Assembly (NCBI RefSeq): GCF_003600355.1
Contig: NZ_CP032416.1
Coordinates: 306,183-330,182, forward strand
DNA: 24,000 nucleotides
DNA from: Clostridium fermenticellae
Lineage (GTDB): Bacteria > Bacillota > Clostridia > Clostridiales > Clostridiaceae
Direction: 5' to 3'
The notes below the pieces were generated by a model. It saw nothing but the letters and a program-made list of their open reading frames with translations. It was not told the DNA's origin and did not search any database. Positions within the stretch are counted from its first letter, which is position 1, and the number at the start of each line of letters is the position of its first letter. Shown piece after piece: positions 14,591 to 22,560 of this stretch. Position numbers and translations under genes: made by a program.

Positions 14591-14849
14591 GGGGTTTATA
14601 AGTTAAAAAGTTAGTTCATCCCCCGGGAGATACTGCCAAAATCTGGTACTATAAATGCTTTTAGTAATTCTAAAGCCCGGTATTTTGAAAATCTAATAAA
14701 GATTGATAAACTCGCTATGCTCAAACAGTATCAATCTTTATATATTTTTTAAAATACCAGGCTAAGAATTATAATAAAAGTATTTAATGTACCTATATTT
14801 TGGCAGTACCTCCCTCAGGTATAAATTAACCTTTAAAATTACGACTCCC
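14591..14849 (+). repeat. Long-hairpin intergenic repeat, subfamily 2, full-length copy C (about 259 bp)
   Basis: GGGAGATACTGCCAAAATCTGGTAC pairs with GTACCTATATTTTGGCAGTACCTCCC. GCTTTTAGTAATTCTAAAGCCCGGTATTTT pairs with AAAATACCAGGCTAAGAATTATAATAAAAGTA. Apex AAACTCGCTATGCTCAAAC at 14708..14726, the exact midpoint. It has the same architecture as copies A and B but a diverged sequence. Confidence 0.85.
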
Positions 14850-15170
14850 TATAACTATATAGGAGTTAAGCTTAGATCCGTAAACCTTATAATTATAAAT
14901 TATATTTTGTCATTTTTTTATATTTAAAGAGGATATTTAAAATAAATGTAGAATAATATAAAAGAATATTTTTATGTAAATTTTATTAAAATTAACTTTA
15001 TGGTTTTATATACATTAAAATCCTTAAATTACTAGTGACAAAGGTATGGAAAATCTAAAAAAACTGTTGTATAATTTATTTATAACTTAATATTGTTAAA
15101 TAATATAGTTTTTTCTCGCATAAATATATTTATGAATATTAAACATACTATAGAAGTAAATCCATATATA

Positions 15171-15179
15171 TGATATAAT
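15171..15179 (+). promoter_or_regulatory. Candidate distal promoter upstream of the S-layer gene
   Basis: Extended -10 TGaTATAAT. It is followed by the perfect 9-bp hairpin GTAAATAAA-TGGGATG-TTTATTTAC at about 15203..15227. Confidence 0.35.
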
Positions 15180-15294
15180 AAAGTTTGAATTTGAAATGGA
15201 AGTAAATAAATGGGATGTTTATTTACATAATTTAAAATTCGGAGAAAAAAATATAAAAATTTATATAATATACTGGAAAAGTGTTGTACAAGTA

Positions 15295-15337
15295 TGGTAT
15301 AATAAATTTTGTTTCTATATCATGGAATTACCATGAT
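15295..15337 (+). promoter_or_regulatory. Candidate proximal promoter plus 5'-proximal stem-loop of a long S-layer mRNA leader
   Basis: Extended -10 TGgTATAAT at 15295..15303. The perfect stem ATCATGG-AATTA-CCATGAT at 15319..15337 would lie within about 10 nt of the predicted 5' end. The leader would then be about 185 nt up to the strong RBS GAGGAGGG before the ATG at 15495. Confidence 0.4.
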
Positions 15338-15494
15338 GATTTTGAATTGACAAGCTTAACATTTTAAGTCAAATTGCTATTTAAAATACATTAAGTAAAA
15401 AATGTATTTTTAAATATTTAAAAATGTATATATTAAAAAATATATATAACTAAGAATTCAATTAAATTCACTTAATCGAGGAGGGTATTACAAT

Positions 15495-18400
15495 ATGAGT
15501 AAAAAAGGTACAAAGGCACTTGCTAGTGCTACACTTTTGTCCTTAGTTTTAACTACAGCTTTATCAGCTGGTCCAGTTAAAGCTGCAGCAACAGGACAAA
15601 CTACAAGAATCGCTGGTGCTGATAGATATGCAACAGCAGCAGCAGTTGCTACAAAAGACGGAAAGACTAATGACAATGTAGTTTTAGTATCAGGTGAAGG
15701 ATATGCAGATGCTGTAAGCGGATCTGTATTAGCAAAGACAATAGATGCACCAATACTATTAACTCAATCAAACACTCTTAGTGCAGATACTACAAAAGCT
15801 TTAAATACATTAAAACCAAAGAACATATATGTTATAGGTGGAACAGCTTCAGTATCCAAGTCAATAAGAGATCAACTAAAAGATGGCGGATATAACCTAG
15901 TAGAATTAGGTGGAGCAAACAGATATGAAACTAACGTAGCAGTTGCTAATGAATTAGTTAAAAATCATGGAATAAGTGCTGACAAAGTAATGGTTGTTGG
16001 CGGAGAAGGTTTCTCTGATGCTCTTTCAGTAGCACCAGTTGCAGCTGCAAAAGGACAAATCCTTTTACTTGGAAGCAATAATCAGAATGACATGAAATCA
16101 GTTATTGATTTCGTAAATACAAATAAATCAAATGCTACAGTAGTTGGAACAAGCAATATAATGAATGATTCAATACTAAAAGCTTTAGGTGTAAATCCAT
16201 CCACAAGAATAAACGGTGGAGCAGACAGATTTGCAACTAACTTAAATGTATTAAAAGCATTCAGCAGCGATTTAAAAGCTGACAGCATTTATGTTGCAAA
16301 TGCAACAGCAGATGATGGATATGCAGATGCATTAGTTGCTTCAGCATTAGCTGGAAAAACAGCATCACCATTAATATTGGTTGATACTGATGATTCATCA
16401 GCTACATCAAATGCTTTAAGTTACTACAACAGTGAAAAAACAGATTCTACAAGCACTTACGTTGTAGGTGGAGAAGGAGTTATTTCAAAAGATTTATATG
16501 TAAAATTTGGTGGAACTGATAACTCTACACCTGGTACAGGTGAATCTAGTGTTAAATCAATAGATTCAGTTGATTTGAATCAGATTAAAATTGTGTTTGG
16601 TACTGACGTTGATAGTGATTCAGCTGAAGCTATTGGAAATTATAAAGTAGATGGTACAACTTTAACTAATAAGGATGCAGTAGCACAGTTACAAGATGAT
16701 AATAGAACTGTTTTGATTACATTAAAACAACCCAAAGAACAAAATAAATCATATACAGTTTCAGTTAAGAGTGGAATTTTAACTGCAGATAAGACTGGTA
16801 ATATTGATTCTAAAGAACAGTCTATTACATTTGGTGATACAGCTGCTCCAACAGTGACTTCTGTTACTCCACGTGGAGGCAATAAATTAACTGTTAAGTT
16901 CTCAGAACCAATAAAAGTGCCTGTAAAGAGTCTTACTAAATTTGGTGATAATAATGATGATGTTATTGCTAAGGATGGTAAATATAATCCAGCAACTGAT
17001 TTTACATCGAAGTTTAAGATTAATGGACAGAACATTGCAAGTTTTGGACTTAGTTCAACAAATACGGTTACTAAGTATGCTGTCCCAACAACTACAGGGA
17101 CATCAGTTTGGGCAGATGAAGTAGATTTTTATTTTTCATCACAGCTTCCTTCAGGAAGTAATACATTGGAAATTAATGATGGAACTTCAGATGCTAATTC
17201 CAGCAATAATAGTGGTGTGTTAGTGGATTCTGCTGGCTATATATTCAAAGATTCGACTCAAAGTTTTACTATAGATTCAGTTACTAGTAAACCTACAGTT
17301 AAATCGGTTGATGCCGAGGCAGATGGAACAATCTGGGTAAGATTTGATAGACCTATGGATGATGTTACAGCAAGAAATAATACTAACTATGAAGTAAATA
17401 GTGAATCAATAAGTTCAGGTAATAATAAATATGGAAAAGGAACTATTAGTTTAAAGGAAGGAGATACTGCAGTTAAAATAACTGGATTAACCTCATTACC
17501 TTTTGGATCCAATTCAATATATATTAAGAACAATGTGAAAGATGCTTATGGGAATACAGTGGATGATGATACAAGAAAATCATTTGATGTTGAAAAAGAT
17601 GAAACTAAGCCAACAGTCAATAGCGTAACTATGGTTGATAGTGAGACTATTAGAATTGTATTTAGTAAGGATATAAATAAAGATTATGCTGAGAACCATA
17701 GTAACTACACTTTGAAGGATTCAGATGGTGTAGATATAACTGATCGTATAAGACTTATAAAACCAGCTAAAATGAGTGATGTAGATAGTGATACTCAGAC
17801 TGATATAAATAATAGTAGTGATAATGACAATGATAGTGTATGGGATATAAAGATGAAAAAGCATGATCCAAACAATCAAAATGATGATTGGAGATTAACA
17901 GGGTCTAAGTATACTTTAACTATCAAAAATTTAGTTGATACTACATTCAAACAAAATGTTATGGATGATAAAACAGTAACATTAAATGGTTCTGATGATG
18001 TATCACCTAGATTGACAGGAGCTTATAGAAAAACTAAAGATGCTGACAGCAATGATAATAGTTATAAGCATAAGGTTGTTTTAACTTTTTCAGAAGCAAT
18101 GGATAGCAGTACTTTAAACGATATAAGTAACTATCAATATAAAAATGGAGCTAATGATAGTAAAACTCTTCCTTCGGGAACAACTGCTACTCCAGGAAAT
18201 GATAATAAGAGTGTAACATTAGAATTCCCAACGAGTTATTATATATATGATGGCAAGGACACTACTACTACAGTAGACAGTAGTTCTACCCTTATTAAAG
18301 ATTTAGACAATGATGATTTAGTAAAAGGTATTCTTGCTTCTGGATTAAAAGATGTTGCTGGAAATTCTATAGATTCATTTAATAATAGTTTTGGTGTTAC

Positions 18401-19298
18401 TTATGACAATACTAGTAGTTCTTTTGCATATAAGAATAGTACTTATACTATGGAGAATTCAGGAGATGACTTGTTAGTAAAAGTTCAGTTTGCAAGTGCT
18501 TTGGATTCAAATAGTCTTATACCGGAAAACTTCAAAGTAGCAGGACAGAAACCTGATGCTGTATATATGGATGGATCCAATGTTGTATTAAGATTCAATA
18601 AAGGCACAGCTTCAGATAAGAAAGCTAAAGCATTATATAATTTACCAGATGAACAAGCGAATAAAGAAGATCCTCTTGACAGATGTGATGTTGTTAGACA
18701 TGCAGGTGCCAATGCTGTGCTTTCTGTAAATGGAAATGTTAAAGACATAACTGGTGCTAGTATTTCAAATGCAACTACTGGTGGAGCTATAAGTGTTGAT
18801 CCTAGTGATTCTAAGTGGTATACTGTTTCTAATAATATTGGACATGACAGTACAGCTAATAAGGATGTTCAAGTATATTCATATAATGCAGCTCCAAAAA
18901 CTACTTCTGATTATTGGTATGCAACAGCTGATCAGAATATTGCTTCAGGAACAAGCCAAGCTGCTATTGTATTAACTTTCGATACTCAACTTGATCAAGT
19001 TTATTCTAGTGTTTCACCTGATAACTTTAGGTTTAGTGCTTCAAATGGTGAATTAATACCTTCATCTATGAAGATTAAAGGAAATTCATTAGTATTCTTA
19101 TTTAATAATGATGATGTTAAGAAGGCTAATTCTATTAATGTATCTGTTAAGAATGATGATTCATTAAAATTAAAATCATTAAGAGATGCTAACGGTGGAA
19201 ATGCTACTTATGTTCCAACTGATAGTGATACAGGTACAAGAAATGTTAAAGTTATTTCATCTTCTTCAACATTTATAAATGACTTATTAAATAACTAA
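15495..19298 (+). CDS. Large CWB2-anchored surface (S-layer-type) protein, 1267 aa
   Basis: Signal peptide MSKKGTKALASATLLSLVLTTALSAGPVKA|AA. Three N-terminal CWB2 repeats (RIAGADRYATAAAVA...YADAVSGSVLAKTIDAPILL; GGANRYETNVAVA...FSDALSVAPVAAAKGQILLL; GGADRFATNLNVL...YADALVASALAGKTASPLILV). After these come at least 6 tandem beta-sandwich-like modules starting (A/K)PTV.SV and containing x-NY-x motifs (GNYKVDG, TNYEVNS, SNYTLKD, SNYQYKN). Strong RBS and a strong terminator. Confidence 0.9.
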   Translation: MSKKGTKALASATLLSLVLTTALSAGPVKAAATGQTTRIAGADRYATAAAVATKDGKTNDNVVLVSGEGYADAVSGSVLAKTIDAPILLTQSNTLSADTTKALNTLKPKNIYVIGGTASVSKSIRDQLKDGGYNLVELGGANRYETNVAVANELVKNHGISADKVMVVGGEGFSDALSVAPVAAAKGQILLLGSNNQNDMKSVIDFVNTNKSNATVVGTSNIMNDSILKALGVNPSTRINGGADRFATNLNVLKAFSSDLKADSIYVANATADDGYADALVASALAGKTASPLILVDTDDSSATSNALSYYNSEKTDSTSTYVVGGEGVISKDLYVKFGGTDNSTPGTGESSVKSIDSVDLNQIKIVFGTDVDSDSAEAIGNYKVDGTTLTNKDAVAQLQDDNRTVLITLKQPKEQNKSYTVSVKSGILTADKTGNIDSKEQSITFGDTAAPTVTSVTPRGGNKLTVKFSEPIKVPVKSLTKFGDNNDDVIAKDGKYNPATDFTSKFKINGQNIASFGLSSTNTVTKYAVPTTTGTSVWADEVDFYFSSQLPSGSNTLEINDGTSDANSSNNSGVLVDSAGYIFKDSTQSFTIDSVTSKPTVKSVDAEADGTIWVRFDRPMDDVTARNNTNYEVNSESISSGNNKYGKGTISLKEGDTAVKITGLTSLPFGSNSIYIKNNVKDAYGNTVDDDTRKSFDVEKDETKPTVNSVTMVDSETIRIVFSKDINKDYAENHSNYTLKDSDGVDITDRIRLIKPAKMSDVDSDTQTDINNSSDNDNDSVWDIKMKKHDPNNQNDDWRLTGSKYTLTIKNLVDTTFKQNVMDDKTVTLNGSDDVSPRLTGAYRKTKDADSNDNSYKHKVVLTFSEAMDSSTLNDISNYQYKNGANDSKTLPSGTTATPGNDNKSVTLEFPTSYYIYDGKDTTTTVDSSSTLIKDLDNDDLVKGILASGLKDVAGNSIDSFNNSFGVTYDNTSSSFAYKNSTYTMENSGDDLLVKVQFASALDSNSLIPENFKVAGQKPDAVYMDGSNVVLRFNKGTASDKKAKALYNLPDEQANKEDPLDRCDVVRHAGANAVLSVNGNVKDITGASISNATTGGAISVDPSDSKWYTVSNNIGHDSTANKDVQVYSYNAAPKTTSDYWYATADQNIASGTSQAAIVLTFDTQLDQVYSSVSPDNFRFSASNGELIPSSMKIKGNSLVFLFNNDDVKKANSINVSVKNDDSLKLKSLRDANGGNATYVPTDSDTGTRNVKVISSSSTFINDLLNN

Positions 19299-19387
19299 GT
19301 TCGGAAACATTTCAAGACAGAACCACATCAAATTTCATAAAATAATCAGGTCATATTCTGATTGAAAACTAAATAGTCATATCTAAG

Positions 19388-19425
19388 GAAATAGAGTATC
19401 CACCGGGGATACTCTATTTCTTTTA
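19388..19425 (+). terminator. Rho-independent terminator of the S-layer gene
   Basis: Perfect 14-bp stem GAAATAGAGTATCC / GGATACTCTATTTC, loop ACCGG, then a TTTT tail. Confidence 0.9.
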
Positions 19426-19454
19426 GATTTTCTATATTCTCTGTAACATAAAAA

Positions 19455-19490
19455 ATCCAGTCTACTTATAAAAGCAAACTGGGTTTTTAT
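19455..19490 (-). terminator. Possible weak terminator of alsS
   Basis: The minus strand reads AAAAACCCAGTTTGCTTTTATAAGTAGACTGGATTTTTT. The stem CCAGT/ACTGG has partial extensions and is followed by a U-run. The stem is weak. Confidence 0.35.
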
Positions 19491-19520
19491 TATGGAGTTT
19501 ACAAATTTAAGCTTTCATTT
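19491..19520. repeat. Solo terminus fragment of the subfamily 1 repeat abutting the alsS stop codon
   Basis: TATGGAGTTTACAAATTTAAGCTTTCATTT compares with the copy D terminus TATAGGATTTACAAGTTTAAGCTTAAACTT. No partner arm is evident. Confidence 0.4.
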
Positions 19521-21195
19521 ATAAATCTTTTATTCTGTATTTTAATTTTAAGTTTTCAGAGTAATCAACACGGCAGTCGATAACAGCAGGAATTTTTTGC
19601 TTAAATGCATCTTCAAGAGTAGGAATAAGTTCATCACTCTTGTGAATTGTGTAGCCTTTAAGTCCCATACTTTCTGCTAAAGCCTCAAAATCTGGATTGT
19701 TGAAGTTTATGAATTCTGAGTTACCAAACTTTTCTTCCTGTTTCCATTTTATAAGTCCATAGTTGCTGTCATTAAATATAAGTGTTACAAAAGGTGTTCC
19801 TATTCTTAGGGCTGTTTCAAGTTCCTGTGAGTTCATCATGAAACCGCCGTCTCCTGTTACTGCAAGTACCTTTCTGTTTGGATGGACAAGTTTTGCGGCA
19901 ACTGCACCCGGGATGGAAATACCCATTGAAGCAAAACCATTTGATATTATGCAGGTATTTGGCTTGTAACAGTGATAATTTCTTGCAACCCATATTTTGT
20001 GTGCGCCAACATCCGATATTACGACATCATCTTCTCCCATGAATTTTCTTACATCATAGAGTATTTTTTGAGGCTTCATGGGGAAAGATTCATCATTTGC
20101 GAATAATTCGTAATCTTTTTTCATATTTTCTCTAAGTTCAAAGGCATAATGAGGCTCACTCTGTCTGTCAGAACGCCTTAATATTTCGTATATTGAATCA
20201 GAAATATTTCCAACGACCTCAACCATAGGCTGATAATTTTTATTTATTTCTGCTTTTTCAACTCCTACATGAATTACCTTTATCTCTCCATTAGGGTTCC
20301 ACTTTCTAGGAGAGTACTCTATAAGATCATAGCCGACAGCTATAACGAGATCCGTCTTTTCAAATATTTTATTAATATAGTCTTTTTGGAAAAGCCCTAT
20401 ACTCCACAGTGAATATTTGCTTGTGAAGGGAACTATTCCTTTACCCATAAAGGTGTTTGCAACAGGTATTTTAAGTCTGTTTGACATTTCATTTATGGAA
20501 CTGCTTGCATTTGCCCTTATTGCTGCGTTGCCAACCAGTATTATTGGATTTTTTGCTCTAGATATTGCAACGGAAGCTCTTTCTATACTGCTGTAATTTG
20601 CAAAACTCTTTTCAAGTGTTGGTTTTTCAAGAGGTTTGCCGACTACCGGCATAGCTGCGATATTCTCAGGGAGATCTATATGAACTGCGCCTGGTTTTTC
20701 ACTTACAGCCTCCTGAAAGGCTTTTCTTACTATTTCCGGAGTTGTATCCGGCCTTACAATTTGTTTATTCCATTTTGTTACAGGTCTAAACATTGAGACA
20801 AGGTCTAAATATTGGTGGGAGATTATATGCATTCTATCTGTACCAACCTGACCTGTTATAGCAATAAGTGGTGCACCATCCAAATTTGCATCTGCGACAC
20901 CTGTCATTAAATTTGTTGCTCCAGGTCCCAGAGTTGAAAGACATACACCTGGTCTACCCGTAAGTCTTCCATATACATCTGCCATAAATGCGGCACCCTG
21001 TTCATGCCTTGTTGTGATAAATTTTATGGAAGAGTTATGGAGGGCGTGTATCACATCAAGATTTTCCTCTCCAGGTATTCCAAAAATATATTGAACTCCC
21101 TCGAATTCAAGACATTTAACGAGGAGCTCTGCTGTACTCATAGTATTTTTTTCATCCTTATTTACTTTGGATTTTTGGTTCGATTCCGTTGACAT
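19519..21195 (-). CDS. alsS: Acetolactate synthase, catabolic (AlsS) type, TPP-dependent
   Basis: AELLVKCLEFEGVQYIFGIPGEENL at the N-terminus and the TPP motif GDGGFMMNSQELETALRIGTPFVTLIFNDSNYG are present. About 558 aa with no adjacent small regulatory subunit or ilv genes. A GGAGG lies 8 nt before the ATG at 21195, so the track start at 21210 itself contains the RBS. Confidence 0.82.
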   Translation of the reverse strand: MSTESNQKSKVNKDEKNTMSTAELLVKCLEFEGVQYIFGIPGEENLDVIHALHNSSIKFITTRHEQGAAFMADVYGRLTGRPGVCLSTLGPGATNLMTGVADANLDGAPLIAITGQVGTDRMHIISHQYLDLVSMFRPVTKWNKQIVRPDTTPEIVRKAFQEAVSEKPGAVHIDLPENIAAMPVVGKPLEKPTLEKSFANYSSIERASVAISRAKNPIILVGNAAIRANASSSINEMSNRLKIPVANTFMGKGIVPFTSKYSLWSIGLFQKDYINKIFEKTDLVIAVGYDLIEYSPRKWNPNGEIKVIHVGVEKAEINKNYQPMVEVVGNISDSIYEILRRSDRQSEPHYAFELRENMKKDYELFANDESFPMKPQKILYDVRKFMGEDDVVISDVGAHKIWVARNYHCYKPNTCIISNGFASMGISIPGAVAAKLVHPNRKVLAVTGDGGFMMNSQELETALRIGTPFVTLIFNDSNYGLIKWKQEEKFGNSEFINFNNPDFEALAESMGLKGYTIHKSDELIPTLEDAFKQKIPAVIDCRVDYSENLKLKYRIKDL

Positions 21196-21265
21196 AACGA
21201 AAACCTCCATTCAATTTTGTATACTTAATTCAAAATTATGCATGAAATCATTCAATATCAAAATT

Positions 21266-21274
21266 ATTATAGCA
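21266..21274 (-). promoter_or_regulatory. Candidate promoter of alsS
   Basis: The minus strand reads TGcTATAAT (extended -10). I see no good -35. Confidence 0.35.
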
Positions 21275-21341
21275 CAATAACCTAAACTGAGGAATAAAAT
21301 TTAAAAAAAGTTTTGGTATCAGGGTTTAAAAATATAATAAA

Positions 21342-21448
21342 TATAGGATTTACAAGTTTAAGCTTAAACTTACTAGAAATTTTTTACGTGACGTATTTTA
21401 GAAATCCCTGCCGGAGCATAAGTTACGCTTTCATTTGCAACCCTATAT
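21342..21448 (-). repeat. Long-hairpin repeat, subfamily 1, internally deleted copy D (inverted orientation); probable ldh terminator hairpin
   Basis: The minus strand reads ATATAGGGTTGCAAATGAAAGCGTAACTTATGCTCCGGCAGGGATTTCTAAAATACGTCACGTAAAAAATTTCTAGTAAGTTTAAGCTTAAACTTGTAAATCCTATA. This is collinear with the left arm of copy B as far as TTCTAGTAAGT, then joins directly to a right terminus. It begins 1-2 nt after the ldh stop. Confidence 0.7.
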
Positions 21449-21449
21449 A

Positions 21450-22409
21450 TTATTTTTCAAAACCGGCAACCTCTATGGTGCTTTTTATACTCTCAGCACT
21501 TGCCTTTAACTTTTTAACCTCGTCAGGAGTTAGTGGGACATCAAGTCTTTTTTCGACACCGTTTTCTGAAATTATACAGGGAAGACTCAAGGCAATATCT
21601 GTAATTCCATATTCACCTTCAAGAGTAGTTGAAACTGGTAAAATACTATGTTCGTTTAAGACAACTGCTTTTGCAAGTCTGCATGCAGCCATGGCTATTC
21701 CAGAACTTGTAAAACCTTTTAATTTGTTTACCCTGTATGCAACATCAACTGTTTCTTCTGCTATTTTATCCCGGTCTAAAGGTTCCTCTGCCTTAAAGTA
21801 TTTATCAAAATTATCTGAAGTTATTCCCTGAATATTTAAAAGACTCCAGGCAGGAAAAGCTGTATTTCCATGTTCCCCGAGCATATATCCTGTAACATCT
21901 TTAGGATCTACTCCGTATTTATTTGCAATTGTTCTCTTAAGACGTGAAGAGTCAAGTGTTGTTCCTGTGCCAAATATTTTTTCTTTAGGGTATCCAAAGA
22001 AGTTTTGGGCATAATACACCATCGTGTCTAAAGGATTGGTTATAAGTATTATAACTGCATCCTTAGTGTATTTTACAATTGAACTCATTACGTCTTCAAT
22101 TACTGATGTGTTTGTTTTTGCAAGGACGGTTCTGTCTTCTATATCTCCACCTATACTTGGACCTGCTGCTACAATAATAACTTTGGCATCCGTACATTCT
22201 TCATAGTCCCCGGAATGAATGTATGTATTAGGATTATAAGTGAAAGGTGTTGTATGGGTTGAGTCAAGTGCTTCACCCTCTGCAACCTCTTTGATTTTGT
22301 CAATGGTTACTATTTCAGAAAATATTCCAGGTGAAAGAGCAGTATTGAGTACCGCCGATCCTACATGACCTACACCTACAACCACAAGTTTGTTTTTCTT
22401 ATTATTCAT
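21450..22409 (-). CDS. L-lactate dehydrogenase family NAD-dependent L-2-hydroxyacid dehydrogenase
   Basis: Rossmann motif KLVVVGVGHVGSA, substrate Arg in GTTLDSSRLKR, and catalytic His in LGEHGNTAFPAWS. The substrate-specificity loop (AAGPSIGGDIEDRTV) is atypical compared with canonical AGANQKPGETR. RBS AAGGGGG. Confidence 0.85.
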   Translation of the reverse strand: MNNKKNKLVVVGVGHVGSAVLNTALSPGIFSEIVTIDKIKEVAEGEALDSTHTTPFTYNPNTYIHSGDYEECTDAKVIIVAAGPSIGGDIEDRTVLAKTNTSVIEDVMSSIVKYTKDAVIILITNPLDTMVYYAQNFFGYPKEKIFGTGTTLDSSRLKRTIANKYGVDPKDVTGYMLGEHGNTAFPAWSLLNIQGITSDNFDKYFKAEEPLDRDKIAEETVDVAYRVNKLKGFTSSGIAMAACRLAKAVVLNEHSILPVSTTLEGEYGITDIALSLPCIISENGVEKRLDVPLTPDEVKKLKASAESIKSTIEVAGFEK

Positions 22410-22439
22410 ATATATATGCCCCCTTTAATTTTGTATTTT

Positions 22440-22468
22440 ATTATAGTAAATAAAGGGTTAATTTACAA
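22440..22468 (-). promoter_or_regulatory. Candidate sigma-A promoter of the LDH-family gene
   Basis: The minus strand has TTGTAA (22468..22463), an exact 17-nt spacer, then TATAAT (22445..22440). Confidence 0.55.
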
Positions 22469-22560
22469 GTGGCAATTAATATTTTTATATGGTAAAATTA
22501 TAATACTATTGATATTTTAATATACCTAAGAAAATAAAACCATTGGGGGGAGGAAAAGGA

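Noticed and set aside
15196-15336. 46-codon ORF (MEVNKWDVYLHNLKFGEKNIKIYIIYWKSVVQVWYNKFCFYIMELP) in the S-layer upstream region
   Set aside because: No Shine-Dalgarno sequence precedes the ATG. It spans the predicted promoters and hairpins. Its composition simply reflects AT-rich DNA.
14880-15494. A cwpV-like invertible (phase-variable) promoter switch upstream of the S-layer gene
   Set aside because: The only long-range inverted matches are low-complexity A/T runs (for example TTATAATTATAAATTATATTTT versus AAAAAATATATATAAC). There are no specific flanking inverted repeats and no nearby recombinase.
16640-17035. 131-aa minus-strand ORF, plus other short ORFs inside the S-layer gene (16082..16288, 16942..17124, 18485..18748, 18793..18975)
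   Set aside because: All lie within or antisense to a long, well-supported CDS. None has an RBS and their composition is low in complexity.
746-21448. The possibility that the recurring palindromes are a CRISPR array or rRNA/tRNA-related structures
   Set aside because: The copies are 1-12 kb apart with genes between them. They are about 260 bp long, not 25-40 bp, and have no regular spacer periodicity and no cas genes. There is no cloverleaf or rRNA-like conserved sequence.
21313-21831. 172-aa plus-strand ORF
   Set aside because: It starts inside repeat copy D and runs antisense through the 3' third of the LDH-family gene. It has a TTG-type start and no RBS. It is a shadow ORF.
1141-22560. 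N-terminal extensions implied by the ORF track starts at 1141, 4674, 8225, 21210 (minus), 22543 and 682 (minus)
   Set aside because: In each case the extended start overlaps or abuts the Shine-Dalgarno sequence. A start codon 6-18 nt downstream has proper RBS spacing and gives the family-typical N-terminus. Preferred starts are 1159, 4683, 8234, 21195, 22561 and 676.
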